A DNA stretch of 64,000 bases. Source: Octopus sinensis. Lineage: Eukaryota. Shown here one piece after another: positions 25,722 to 38,544 of the stretch. Position 1 is the first letter of the stretch. Every line of letters starts with the position of its first letter. Both the position numbers and the translations under genes were made by a program. The stretch lies in the NCBI RefSeq assembly GCF_006345805.1, contig NC_043007.1, forward strand, positions 53,134,001 through 53,198,000, written 5' to 3'. Under the pieces are notes generated by a model, which worked only from the letters and a program-made list of their open reading frames with translations, made no database searches and was not told the DNA's origin.

Positions 25722-26296
25722 GTAAGAGAGGGGTAAGAAACATACTTCTTCATCTACATTCAAACACACTTTCTAATCTGTCATGGTCCAATAACGGCAG
25801 ATTATGTGTATGTATATATATATATATATGTATATATAAAGACAAAGAGAGGGAGAAAGAGCAGTTTAAAGCCAAACTCCAATGCATTGAATGGCCATTG
25901 TTTTTTTTTAAATAAAAATAAAATTAAAACAAACGGACTTTTCTCCTTGGTACGAAAATTATGTAATGTGGGTGGAATAAGTGAAGTCTATTTTATTAGT
26001 TACCATGGTCAATACAAAACTAGTTTCATAATTAATGTACAAACTAAATAAATCAGTTTTTAAAAGATTATCTCAATTCAGAAGCACATTTTCTGATCTT
26101 CAGTTGTATATACCATATTTTAAGAAAAAATATAATAACTATAAAATATATTTACCTTCATTTATCCACATCAGTTTGTAACCCAAGGTATTCAGTATAT
26201 TGAAAAAAGTAAGAGAGGGAGAAGAAACATACTTCTTCGTCCACACTCAAACATGCCTTCTAATCTGTTGCTGGGCCAATAGCAGCAAATTATGTA

Positions 26297-26339
<43 letters not shown>

Positions 26340-26425
26340 ACAAAGAGAGGGAGAAAGAGCAGTTAAAACCAAACTTCAACATGTTGAATGGCTGTTTTTT
26401 AAAATAAGAATAAAATAAAAACAAA
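25722..26425. repeat. Two diverged ~215-bp direct repeats (25722-25933, 26209-26425), each with an internal (TA)n; follows (TA)n at ~25650-25715
   Basis: Shared gtaagagaggg..agaaacatacttcttc...aaagacaaagagagggagaaagagcagtt. Confidence 0.8.
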
Positions 26426-27599
26426 ATGACTATAAATACACACATGCACACATATATATATATGCATGCATACATACATACATACACACATATACATATG
26501 TGGAAAGCAAAGTTGTAGTAGGGAACGCTAATAATAATAATAATAATGATAGTAATAATAATAACAACAACAACAACAACTATAATACTTGTGAATAATT
26601 ATTCCTAGAGTGAATAATCCTGATAATAATTCTTTATATCAAAATAGCCGGTCTTTATCTTCGAAAATTTAAAAACAGTCTAAGGGAAGCAACTCTACTT
26701 CATAACTCTTTCTGTAAATTTAAAAAAGATTTTAGTTTTTTTTTTAATTATAAATCTCTCAATAAATAGCATAACCCTAGTAAAAATATCTAGTTAATTG
26801 TTCCATACAGAAAACAAATTAAAAGTAACCTTCCCCTACCTATTTTACCAAGCTATCAAAAAATACTTTTCCAAAAATCCAGGTACCACTCCATTTTCAA
26901 CACCCACCATAATGGAATTGGCTTTTCCAACACCAATAACCTCCTACAGATTATATCCTCACATAACAACTATGTTCTTAAAGGTAAAAAGGTTTCACTT
27001 AATAACTGTAATAGCATTAATAATAATAATAATGATAATACACATTGTTAAATCAAAAGCAGGAGAGAAGAGGGACACAAAGGAAGTGAAAGACAAAGTG
27101 AGAGAGATAGCAGATACATAAATTCAAAGAAAACTTCATACATTGATACATATACACAGCAAATATTGGCTGTCAATTCCACTTTTCATTACCACATGCT
27201 GATAAAATTAACTCACAAATGGCTGAGTACTTCACAGACATGCATAACATTAACGTAGTTCTCAGTGAGATTCAACCTCACACAGAATATAATAACGCAG
27301 ACCCCTTTGAATTACAGCTACAACTTGAGACATATATATATGAATGTATTTGTATGTGTGTATAGTTTAGGTTAGTTAAAACATGGTGGAAATAAGCGCA
27401 ATTACCAAACTTATATTCTTAAATCCATTTATTATTTTGTTCTTTTGCAGTTCAATTTGTACATTAACGTTCTTTGAATATGTATGATGTATTTTAAGGT
27501 TAAATAGTAATTCCATTTATGTTTGTGTAACTGAGATATTTTGGTTGGATTATATAGTTATTGGTGTTACATTACTTTCTATATTCTGTAACTGTCACA

Positions 27600-27755
27600 A
27601 TATACTTTTCTTGGCCTGAAATTTTTGTGGGGAGGTGGCCAGTTGATTAGATCAACCCCAGTACACAATTGATACTTAATTTATTGATGCCGAAAGGACG
27701 AAAGGCAAAGTCAATCTCGGCAGAATTTGAACTCAGAATGTAAAGACAGACAGTC
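27600..27755 (-). mobile_element. Octopus-type SINE 3' fragment
   Basis: gatcaaccccagtacacaattgatacttaatttattgatgccgaaaggacgaaaggcaaagtc; same family as 34660-34890. Confidence 0.65.
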
Positions 27756-28272
27756 ATAATATACAAACATTTCTCATGGCACCAGTACACTGTTTACAGA
27801 TGCTTACATTTTTTATGTTTTCCGTGAATTTTTCACAGGTTCAGCAAGTAACTATAATTATAATTAACTATAATTACAATAGAGGGCACACAATGCACCT
27901 ACTTGCTGGAAAGTGAAGCTAAATCCTCAAGTAAACCACCGAATTACACTGAAATATACAACATACCAACAGAAATTGGGCAAGGAACGATTATCAGAAT
28001 CATCACAGAACAAAGCTGTAGAATGAAGAATTGGATATTTTGAGTTCTGGCTAATACCTCATCTCATGATTTTGAGTTCTGGCTAATATCTCATCTCCCC
28101 TCAGCAAGTATTTTCATATGAGAAAAATGAACTCACCTTGTTGGAATCTGTGTCGCTGTGAACTGTCTCGTGCAAATTCATAACGACTTCAGTGTATAAT
28201 ATATTGCTTCTCTTTCCAGCAAGTAAGCATTATAGTTAATTATAATTATAATTATAAATTTTATATATAGTT

Positions 28273-28412
28273 GCAGGAGTGGCTGTGTGGTAAGTAGCTT
28301 CCTTACCAATCGAATAATTCTGGGTTCAGTTCAACTGCGTAGCCTCAGGCTGACCAAAACTTTGTGAGTGGATTTAGTAGACGGAAACTGAAAGAAGCAC
28401 GTCATATATATA

Positions 28413-28443
<31 letters not shown>

Positions 28444-28658
28444 GTGTGTGTTTGTTTGTGTGTCTGTGTTTGTCCCCCCCACCACTATTTCACAACTGAC
28501 GTTGGTGTGTTCACATCCCCGTAACTTAGCGGTTCGGCAAAACAGACCGATAGAGTAAGTACTAGGCTTACAAAGAATAAGTCCTAGGGTCGATTTGTTC
28601 AGCTAAAGGCAGTGCTCCAGCATGGCCACAATCAAATCACTGAAACAAATAAAAGAAT
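28273..28658 (+). mobile_element. tRNA-derived SINE with internal (TA/TG)n
   Basis: A-box-like tggctgtgtggt, B-box-like gggttcagttc; body and aaagaat tail shared with 29455-29635, 34020-34255, 59010-59190 and 61140-61340. Confidence 0.85.
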
Positions 28659-28679
28659 ATGTATAACTGACACTCTGTT

Positions 28680-28950
28680 GCTTACAGTGACAAAGGTTCT
28701 AGTTGATGAAATCAATGGAACAGCTTGCTCGTGAGATTAATGTGAAAGTGGCTGAACACTCTACAGACACACACGTACCCCTTCACATACTTCTCAGAGA
28801 GATTCAGCATGACACAGATTGTGACAAGGCTGGCCCCTTCGAATACAGCTGAGTGGACTAGAGCAATGTGAAATAAAGTGACTTGCTCCAGGACACAACA
28901 TGCAGCCAAGAATTGAACTCACAAGCCTAATACCCAAACCACTAAGCCAC
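28680..28950 (-). mobile_element. Second tRNA-derived SINE family copy
   Basis: Reverse complement begins gtggcttagtggtt..gagttcaattc; body shared with 27220-27330. Confidence 0.65.
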
Positions 28951-28993
28951 ACACTTCCAATGCATATATATATATATATATATATAAATATAA

Positions 28994-29026
<33 letters not shown>

Positions 29027-29029
<3 letters not shown>

Positions 29030-29424
29030 TTATATATAAAAGTCAAGTTGTGTGTCTGTCTCCTACGATTTAGATTCCTAACTACTCCCACATTTTGCGG
29101 TGCAGTTTAACCAAAACCGGGTATCTTATAGTCGCGATTCATATCAAGCCCTTCTGGGTATTAGCGCGCGTCTACGATGAGTCTACGATTTAAAAAAAAA
29201 TTTACCATAATTTTTTTCCATTTTAATGTATTTTTTCGCTATTATATAAGGGAAGTAACTCTCTAAAAATGTCTACGATGAGTCAACGATTTAAAAAAAA
29301 ATTTACCATCATTTTTTTTCCATTTTTAATGCATTTTCTTTGCTATTTTTTGGCTATAACTCTCTAAAAATGCTTATATAGTTATTTCCCTTACAAACCC
29401 GAGCAACGCCGGGTGATACTGCTA

Positions 29425-29425
<1 letters not shown>
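29027..29425 (+). mobile_element. Non-autonomous Helitron, 399 bp
   Basis: A|TC at 29026-29028; subterminal hairpin cccgagcaacgccggg; CTAG at 29422-29425 followed by T; no TSD. Confidence 0.9.
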
Positions 29426-29458
<33 letters not shown>

Positions 29459-29639
29459 TTTGACAACCAATGTTGGTGTATTTACGTTCCCACAACTTAA
29501 CAGTTTGGCAAAAGAGACTGATATAATAAGTAATAGGCTTACTAAGAATAAGTTCTGGGATCGATTTGTTTGACTAAAGGTGGTGCTCCAGCATGGCTGC
29601 AGTCAAATGACTGAAACAAGTAAAAGAATAAAGAATATG

Positions 29640-30400
29640 TACATAAACCTAAAGGTACCAAAGGATATGCCAACACCCCTAGACATACACAACACAATAA
29701 ATTGTCCCAATCCTGTACAGTACACCAGAACCAATAAGCCTAACATCAAATATATGAAACATGTCCTCTGGTATAACCCAGTCTATGGTTCACATTTCAA
29801 CGAAGATCGCTAGGGAATTTTTTGCCACTTTAGACAGATATTTCCCAAAATCAAATAGATACCATACTATTTTTAATAGGCATACTGGGAAGGTATCATA
29901 TACAAATTCCACTAACTTAGAACAATACCTACACCACATTAATAACAGGAAAATGAACAAAGTGTTGAATAACTCACCCACTGGGCCCCTAGCCTATGGC
30001 GGGGGAACTACTTTCAGCTCAGCAAATAGGAAGGATAGCAAATATTTAGAATAAAATGTCATGGAAAACAATACTAACCAGAATGTAAAGCATTTGCTGC
30101 GGTCACATTGGAATAATAATGAAAATAAAGATAGCCAACAATAAAGTCAACAGAGCCACAAATGCAACTAAATCTAATCTGTTCATGCAGAGAAAAAACA
30201 AATTGCTCATTGATGAACCTCTGTATGAGTAACATTGTTGTATATAGTGTACCATGCACACAAGGGGAGAACTGTACATTTACATTGGTGCAGCTACTGA
30301 TTCATTCAAGAACTGATGTTGAAACCATGTCTCCAGTTTCAATAAAATTAGCAAGGGCACTCAACATCTTTGGCTGATTTTGTGTGGCAACTTAAGGAGG
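29640..30400 (+). mobile_element. Penelope-like element linker and GIY-YIG region, decayed
   Basis: KIAREFFATLDRYFPKSNRYHTIFNRHTGKVSY, then CSCREKTNCSLMNLCMSNIVVY. Confidence 0.7.
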
Positions 30401-31025
30401 ATAAGATTAAATATAATCTCTAGTAAGACATGCACAACCATACAATATTCTTTCCAGGAGATGCAGATTGTGCTCTCAGGAATTGCTGTCCAGTTTGTGG
30501 ACCAATGAGAAACTCATTAATAGGATTTATGAAAGACTATCAAAGATGCTTGCATACTACTAAATGTACTTTTGCATAAGACAGTGGGCATGAATTAGAG
30601 TAATCATTAACTAAATTAGTGACCACACTTTACTTAAATGTGTGGTTGAATAACTACACAATTCCACAGTGTTACAAGCATCATTGGGATACCCCTTGGC
30701 TATCATATACTGCTTATAATGAGAAAAATACTGACTTGAGTTTCCCAATAAATCCCTCACTTTGGGATGAAAACGCAAAAAACCTATGTCTATCTACACT
30801 ACAGATTGTCTATCTACACTGGCATTGATGCTTTCTACAGGCTATCAGTTGTTTCATTAGTCATTGTTAAAAAAATACACATCTACTATGTGTGTATTTA
30901 TGAGTCTACAGCTGTTCTAAGTATATCAGCCAGACCCAGTGAATAACCCCACAGAATTTGTGATTCCTCGTCAAGCAGAGTCATATCAATAGCCACTAAT
31001 AGGTACTAACTTTATTGATATCAAC

Positions 31026-33367
31026 TGTTGTAGTGAAAATGGTACTCCCCTTCCCACATGACAAAGTGGTATGAGAAGCCACTGTAAAGTCAGATAGTCA
31101 GTTGTTGTGGGTCAATAGCAGTAGAGTGAACAGAGGATGCAAGAGATTTAAACTGGATAAACTAACTCCAGACTTGTCCATGTGCCTGATTTTAGCTCAG
31201 GGATTTACTGCTAAAAAGGACACAGAAGTCAGAATAAAAATTCTCACAAAGCTGGAAATGAACCGGGATATAACTCCCCAGAAACTGTCAGAAGAATGCA
31301 ATATGATATTAAGTACAGGGAAGGTGCTGTACTCCTACACAAATGTGAAGATGGCAGCCAAAAGGCCATAGCTCATGTGTCAAGGATACTATTGCCAGCA
31401 GAAAAAAATTATAGCCAAATTGAAAAAGAGATACTTGCGATTATATTTGGCATAAAAAAGTTCCACAGGTTTATACATGGTTGATGGTTTAGACTACAAA
31501 CTATTGCCCATTGCTAACAATTTATGGATCCAAGAAAGGAATCCCAGTACATATAACAAACAGGTTGCAGTGATGGAGTACCATACTACTAAACTATGAC
31601 TACACAATGGAAAATTTACCTTTGGAAAAGCTAGGACATGCTGACAGCCTATCCTGGTTGATACCCAGAAATGGCAAACCATTCGAGGACACAGTAATAG
31701 TAACCCTAAGAGCTGAAGGGAAAATTAAACACATAATTTGGGACATTGTATGAGAGTTACCAATAACTCTGGAGTGACACACATCAAAAGATAAGTTTAT
31801 TGATGAAACAAAAAAAAAACACTGTGGTCAGCTAAAGAAAACAAAAATAGGTTCAGTAAGAAAAAAACAGCAACAAATAAACATATATTCAACATGCGAC
31901 AGCATACTAATGTATGGCCAAAGGGTAGTGATACCTGAGATTTTACAAAAAAGTATGTTGAAAGACTTCCACATTGGACATTCAGGGATCGCAAGGATGA
32001 AAGCACTTATGCACAGTTACGTGTATTGGCTGAAGATGGATAAGGAAGTTGAAAACGTAGTTAAAGGCTGTAGAGGATGTGCTGTGGCAGCAAAATTGCC
32101 TTCTCAAAAATGGGAGTCTTGGCCAACAGTAAAAAGTCCATGGTCAAGACTACATGTTGATTTTGTGGGTCCGTTAAATGGTTATTACTACCTAGTAGTA
32201 GTTGACAGTTTTACAAAATGGCTGGAAGAAATTGTTAAGTGCAAAAGACCAAAACAATAATAATTTTTTAGCACAAATTATTCACAAGATTTAGCATCCC
32301 AGACATGATTGTATCTGATAATGGAAAGCAATATATGTCCTGTGAATTTCGAAAATTCTGCAGAATGTTCTCAGTAGAACATAAAACGATAGTGCCTTAC
32401 CATCCCAGATGAAATGGACAATCAAAGCATTTTGTGGACACTTTTAAAAGAGCTTTGAGAAAAGCAAACAAGGAAGTCATAGATGAAGTTGCTCTGCAGC
32501 AATTCCTAAGGGTATACAGGGTGACACTGAACCCCAACACAGCAGCAGGAAGCTCACTGGCAGAACTGATGTTCACAAGGAAGGTGAAATCAGTTTTTGA
32601 TAAACTATTACCTGGCAAGTACCAGGAAAGACAATCCAAAATTTTTCAAAATTACTGATAAGGTGTACATGAGGTTGTATAAAAATGGAAAACAGTACTA
32701 GGAAGAAGGCAAAATTACAAAGTACATAGGAAAAATGATGTACAGAATTAAAAGCAGAGAAGGTATTGAAAAAAGTCACAGAAACCAATTGAAGAAGAAA
32801 TTCATAGAAAATGAACCAGACAGATTAGAAGAACTTATGGAATGGCTGTATGGCACATTCCAGGTACCAACACTGTTACAGGTGGTTGAACCCACATACA
32901 AGTGGAAGAAAAAGGAAGAACACAGAGTTCCTACAAATAGACAGCAAAAAGAAAATATATTAAGTTGAAAAAAAGAACCTAAAAAAGGAGGAGGGGTGAA
33001 TAAAGTAAAATAAAATTACTTGCCCCCCCCCCTAAATAATAAAAGGGGAGATGTAGTGAAAATGGTACTCCCCTTCCTAAGTGACAAAGTGGTATGAGTC
33101 AGACAGTCAGTCATTGTAGGAGGTCAGTAGTAGTAGAGTTGTATGAGTTCTCAGTTGGAGTCAGTGTCAGTTACATGATATATATGAATACAAGTTACAA
33201 TCAAGGCAGACATTTCAAAGTCATTGTCTTGCGGAGCAATCAGCGATAGCACGATAGATGGGTCAAAGATAATAAGACGTGGAATACTGCCACAGCATAA
33301 TAGTGACAACAAGAGTATTACAACGCTGACAGTAACATACAAGTGGATGAGGATCCACATTATAACA
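31026..33367 (+). mobile_element. Internally deleted Ty3/gypsy LTR retrotransposon
   Basis: TSD TCAAC at 31021-31025 and 33368-33372; truncated 5' LTR from 31026; PPT aaaagggga; 3' LTR ~33049-33367 ending ACA; gag remnant, RNase H ASR..AEKNYSQIEKE, integrase RLHVDFVGP; no PR or RT core. Confidence 0.9.
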
Positions 33368-33614
33368 TCAACTTAATTCTGTGTGCAAGTGTACGTATGC
33401 CAAACCAAATGTGTGTGTGTTAGTATGTATATGTGCATTTGTACAAACAAGTGTATGTGTGCCAGACCATGTATGTGTGGGCATTTGTGCATCCATATCA
33501 ACTAACAGTTGTATCTAATACTTTTTTTTGTACGTGTTTCTTTTTGTATCTCTATATGAAAACCTAAAAGAAATCTTGTGAAACCAAGTTTATTTTATCA
33601 CGATACCTCTTGAA

Positions 33615-33720
33615 ATCACCTGAGGAGACACATCTACATCAAGGGATACACCTAAACCAGATGTTCAGTATCTCACATGCGAGGGATCAATGCTAGATGG
33701 TTCGAAACAATTGTAGTGAT
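33615..33720 (+). ncRNA. Penelope-type minimal type I hammerhead ribozyme, intact core, long stem II
   Basis: Stem I ATCAC/GTGAT; CTGAGGA (33620-33626); stem II GA/TC plus CATCTA/TAGATG around a large insert; GAAA (33704-33707); C-AATT-G; GUA site, predicted cleavage after A33715. Confidence 0.75.
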
Positions 33721-33779
33721 CAATGAAGATTCTCGTATCTTCAATAGTTAGGGTGCTGCACTCACAATTGCTAGATCAT

Positions 33780-34255
33780 GATTTCATTTCCTATACTGGG
33801 TGGTGTGTTGTGTTCTTGAGCAAAACACTTCATCTCATGTTGCTCTACAATCACTTCAACACCTGGCGCATAATATACAGTGCACCTGTTCAGACAATGT
33901 TGATTTGATGGAAAGAGTGAGCTTAATGTGCAGCATGAACACTATAAAGAAATCATTTGTGTTGGTCATTTGGCAAAAGCTGAATGCTCATGTGTTGTTT
34001 GTAATGGTAGAGTTCATATATATAGATATACCTATGTGTGTGTGTCTTTGTGTCTGTGTTTGTCCCCCACCACTGCTTGACAACCAGTCTTGGTATGTTT
34101 ATGTGATTTAGCTGTCTGGCAAAAGAGACTGATAGAATAAGTACCATGTTTTAAGAAAAATTATTGGGGTTGATTCATTCAACTAAAAATTCTTCAAGGT
34201 GGTGCCTCAACATGGTTGCAGTCTAATGACTAAAATAAGTATAAGATAAAGGATA
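33780..34255 (+). mobile_element. Composite SINE
   Basis: gttgtgttcttgagcaaaacact head-like block; 3' half matches 28470-28658. Confidence 0.65.
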
Positions 34256-34659
34256 AAATATATACTCTTCAGTACTGAAAAGTTGTATGAAATAAATCAG
34301 AATCAGTAGTAAAACAAAATGTGCAAATTGACTAAACATCCATTTCTTGTTTAAATCTGTCTGACTATAAGGAAAGCTTTAATAGGCAAGTTTTTGATCT
34401 TTCTGCTTAAAACAATTCTGCCTTTTCTTCTGAAGCGCTGATGTTTTTGCTGCTTTGTGGGGCAGCGAAAATATCAGCGCTTCAGAAGAAAAGGCAGAAT
34501 TTTCTTTTAAGTACCCTATATAACGCCTGTAAATTTGTGTTCTACATATGGGAATTCATACAATTATGAAAGATAAAAAAAATTTTTGATCCTCCCTCCC
34601 CTCTCTTTTTCAATTTTTTTTAAAAAACTCATTCCATTAAATGTTTATGGGAAGAAAAA

Positions 34660-34890
34660 TATTCTTTTCTACTCTGGGCACAAGGCCTGAAATTTTGGGG
34701 GAAGGGGCCAGCTTATTAGATGAACCCCAGTACGCAACTGGTACTTAATTTATTGACCCCGAAAGGATGAAAGGCAAAGTCGACCTTAGCAGAATTTGAA
34801 CTCAGACAAAATACTGCTAAAGACAGACAAAATACTGCTAAGCATTTTGCCTCGTGTGCTAACATTTCTGCTAGCTCACCACCTTCTGGA
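34660..34890 (-). mobile_element. SINE inserted between 37-bp inverted repeats (34532-34568 / 35023-35059)
   Basis: SINE body as at 27600-27755; the flanking IRs suggest a MITE host. Confidence 0.65.
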
Positions 34891-37800
34891 GAGAAAAATA
34901 TTGAAAAACATAGATACATGACAGTGACAAAGATGTGGGGATGGTATCAGGAGGTATTGTGAGATGTACTAAAAACTACAGCTAAATTTCCCTTAAATCT
35001 TACACAAAAAAGATATTTTTTGCATAATCATATGAATTCCTGTCTGTAGAACACAAATTCACAAAGATTTTCTGAAAATTCCAAAAAATTAAAAAGTTAT
35101 GAGTTTCTTAAACTGAAATATGTTAACAGCATGTCAGCTGGGTCTAAGGTGAGCAGTAAAAATAATGCTTTTTCTGCCTTTCTCTTTGTGACCTCCCAGT
35201 TTTTTCTCTTGTCTCTCTTTTTCACACACACCTTTCTTGAAGAGAATAATAGAATACAAACAAGATAACACTACCCTTTTCTTAACTATAATTGAAAGCA
35301 AGCAGAAAAAAAAATCTGCTTGCCTCTCTCTCACTCATTTGCTTTCCTCTGCCTTTCTCTTTGTTTTTTTCTCTCTTCATGTTCCCTGCTTGAGGAGAAG
35401 AGAAAAGCAATTAATTCATTGCTTTCTTTCATTTTTTTCTCACTTAACAAACAGGATCTTTTTCTATTTAGACTTCTTAAATATCAGTTGCTTATAATTT
35501 ATACTAAGAAATGAAGGAATGGAGAGTACGAAAAAACTTCACGAGGATAGTGAAAATTATCAATAATTAATTTTATATTATACAAAAATTATTTATCCTG
35601 AAAAAAGTAAGGCATGCAGTGCATTGCCCCTGATAGGATGAGGTGGTGAAGGCTGATTTTATGGAAAAAATGAGCAAAGGGCTGAGATGATCTAATGCTT
35701 GAAAGCGTCTGCCAACTACAGCATGACTGAGACTGTCAGAGAATAATGTCCATGAACATACATATAACTGGGTCTCTGCCAAGCCTACAACTGTTGTTTC
35801 TTCCCCAACTTTTCACTACTCACCAACTGGGTTTGTCCTTTGTACTGCTTCTTATTGACATGCATTCCTCACTATTATCTTCCGCCACTCCTACTCCAGT
35901 TTGTAACCATCATTCACTTTCCCTCACTTGCAAATTTAACCCTACCCCTCATCACTGTATCACTCATCCCTCTTCTACTGTTTTGTTCTGGTGCTGTAAG
36001 AAATGAAAGTAGAACCATGTCACCATTTCTATTATGCCTGTCATAACTCTTTGTTCTCTGTGTTACTCCTGGTTAGCATCCATGCCTCATTCTTATTGTC
36101 TCCCACTCATGTTTACCATCCCCACTTCTATTCACTATACTACATTCACCCTCTATATACATCTGACCACTTCCACACATGTTTATATTGATTCTTTATT
36201 CTCTTCCCACACTCTTGCATCCTTACCCACTGTGCCTGATTCTTGTCTCCATGCTGTGTTATAGTCTCCTTCTTGGATATATTATCATGTGGGTATATTC
36301 TATTTTCTATGCTGGGGAAGGAGGACCTCTCCACATAACTGCCAACATACTTTTGCATAAGTTTATGTTAACAGACTGTGATATTTTGGCTAATTTTCAA
36401 TGTTTCACTATAAGTAACTATTATTGTGCTTAAACAAACTTAACCTGGTTTCCTAGCCTGCAACACTCTTCTGTCCGTAATATGACCTCATTAGGCACAA
36501 GGCAATGTTTTGATACATTTAAAACAAACAGGAAGAACATGTTTCTTGTATACCAACAAATACAATATGTATAATTCAGCATTGCAATAACAAATTATTT
36601 AAATTTTAATTGTATATTAATTTCAGTATTATCAACTCATGAAAAGAGCACAGTTTATGACTGCATCTTGCCCCAGTCCTTAGAGCACCTCTTGCATAAT
36701 CTAGACACATAAGCAACCATATTCTTTAGTACTATGTTCTAACCGAAGTAGAAAAATACACAAGTAGCTGCAGCGTCCATTTATCTATCTCCTCTTAGTG
36801 AATTGATTAGCCAACGAATTTGATTGAAACTTAGTTACCACATTACCTTCCATTCAGTGAAAACCTGCTTAATGAACCATGCAATGTACTCTAATGCAAG
36901 ATACAAGAACATTGAGTTTGTGAAATGTTGTCTGTCATATCCATCTATTCATAAAAAGCTGAAATGCTTTGCAAATGTTTATAGAGACGTTCGTGTAGTT
37001 GGGTGCAGAGATATCAGATACCATTTATACATTCATGCTGGACTGACTTGCAATACTGGTTGGTTATCTTTTTCTTTTGCATATTTTTATGTATGTACTG
37101 TAAATTCACATCAATTATTCTAGCAGTCTCAGCATTTGAAATGCTTAGTAGAAATAGAAAAAATATTGATGTTTCTATGGAAAATAGATTGTGTTAATGT
37201 AGAAAAATTCATAGTGCAGATTAACATATTTTATTCTACAGTAAATGCTAAAAGAAATATATTTTCTATTTCTTACCAGCTTTGACTGTGACCAGTCTAG
37301 ACAGTAAAAATGGTTCCTATTTGAATGTTATGAAAACTTAGTATAGCTAAACATGTAATCTAAAAAAGTGTTCTTTGCTCATGAAATAACTCCTAGCAGA
37401 CGATCTGGGGAAATCATCATTCTTCTACAAGAGCTTTAATGTATATCCATGGGCAGACATGCACATATGATGTGACAATCCAGATAATGTGTCCTTTTAT
37501 TGTAAGCGTTAGCTGGAAAGTGAAGAAAATTAATCACTGCTTAATAACATCAAAGACAGTAGTAAAGCAATCACTAGTAGGCAATTAAAACCCATTAACT
37601 TATTCTACCTGTTCAATAAAATAGTGTGCAACCAAATAATGATGTAGGATAGTTTGTAATAAAGCATTTACCTGTACAGCTTTTCTCTTAGATGTGTTAT
37701 GCTCATGTGAAAACATGAAAAATCTTATATTCATATGAAAAATATGATAAAAATTATATAATTAGAAATATTCACCTAACATGAATTTATTAATAAATAT

Positions 37801-37903
37801 CTCTTGGATTATCAATTGTAATGTCATTACTATATTGACTGTTCATTTTCTTTTCCTTATAATTCCTGATTCACAACAGTAATAATGGTAATTGTTGTTT
37901 CAG

Positions 37904-38076
37904 ATGAATTATATATATTTGACTGTCACTGGAATTATCGCCCAGACCACTGTATGTATATGAGTGTATGTAAATCAGCAGAAAAAGAAGGAGCTGCTAT
38001 TATACATGGTTGTCGAAGAGTCATGCACAATGATCAGCAGCCAGCATTTAGATCAGTTTATCGCACATTTAAAAAA
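37904..38076 (+). CDS. GXYLT1: GXYLT1/2 internal exon D, phase 1/0
   Basis: gtttcag acceptor, AAA|gtaaga donor. 173 nt translating (D)ELYIFDCHWNYRPDHCMYMSVCKSAEKEGAAIIHGCRRVMHNDQQPAFRSVYRTFKK, with WNYRPDHC and QPAF motifs. The four exons total 651 nt with no stop. Confidence 0.95.
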
Positions 38077-38544
38077 GTAAGATTTTTAAACTACTACTTT
38101 CAAACTGACCTGGAAATCTGTCATTCAGAAACTTTTCATGTACTGTATAATTTGAGATAATTTGTGTGTGTGTGTGTGCACGCGCGCGTGCATGCGTGTG
38201 TGTAGAATATAACATTAAATAATTGATTCATAACATTTTAACATGTTTCTTTGATTGTTACAGAATTATTACATTAGATAAACTTATGTAATTCTTTATG
38301 CAGATGCCACTTCATCAGAAGTTTTATAAGTGAAGAATTGTGTTTAGTGAGAGGCACTTATAGGTGTCTAGAAGTTTGAAGGAGGTATATTTAAAAGATT
38401 GTAGACATGCAATCTGGTTTGAGTTTAAAGCAGTCAGATGTGTTTACATATATCTTTGTACTGGTTTGTGTGTGTGTGTGTGTATGCATACATGCATACA
38501 TTCTTTTTCTCTTTTTAATTTGGAGTTAATTTTAACCAGCCACT

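Noticed and set aside
38304-38333. Short terminal GXYLT exon annotated as CDS
   Set aside because: No similarity to the conserved C-terminus and no nearby polyA signal noted; kept only as a possibility.
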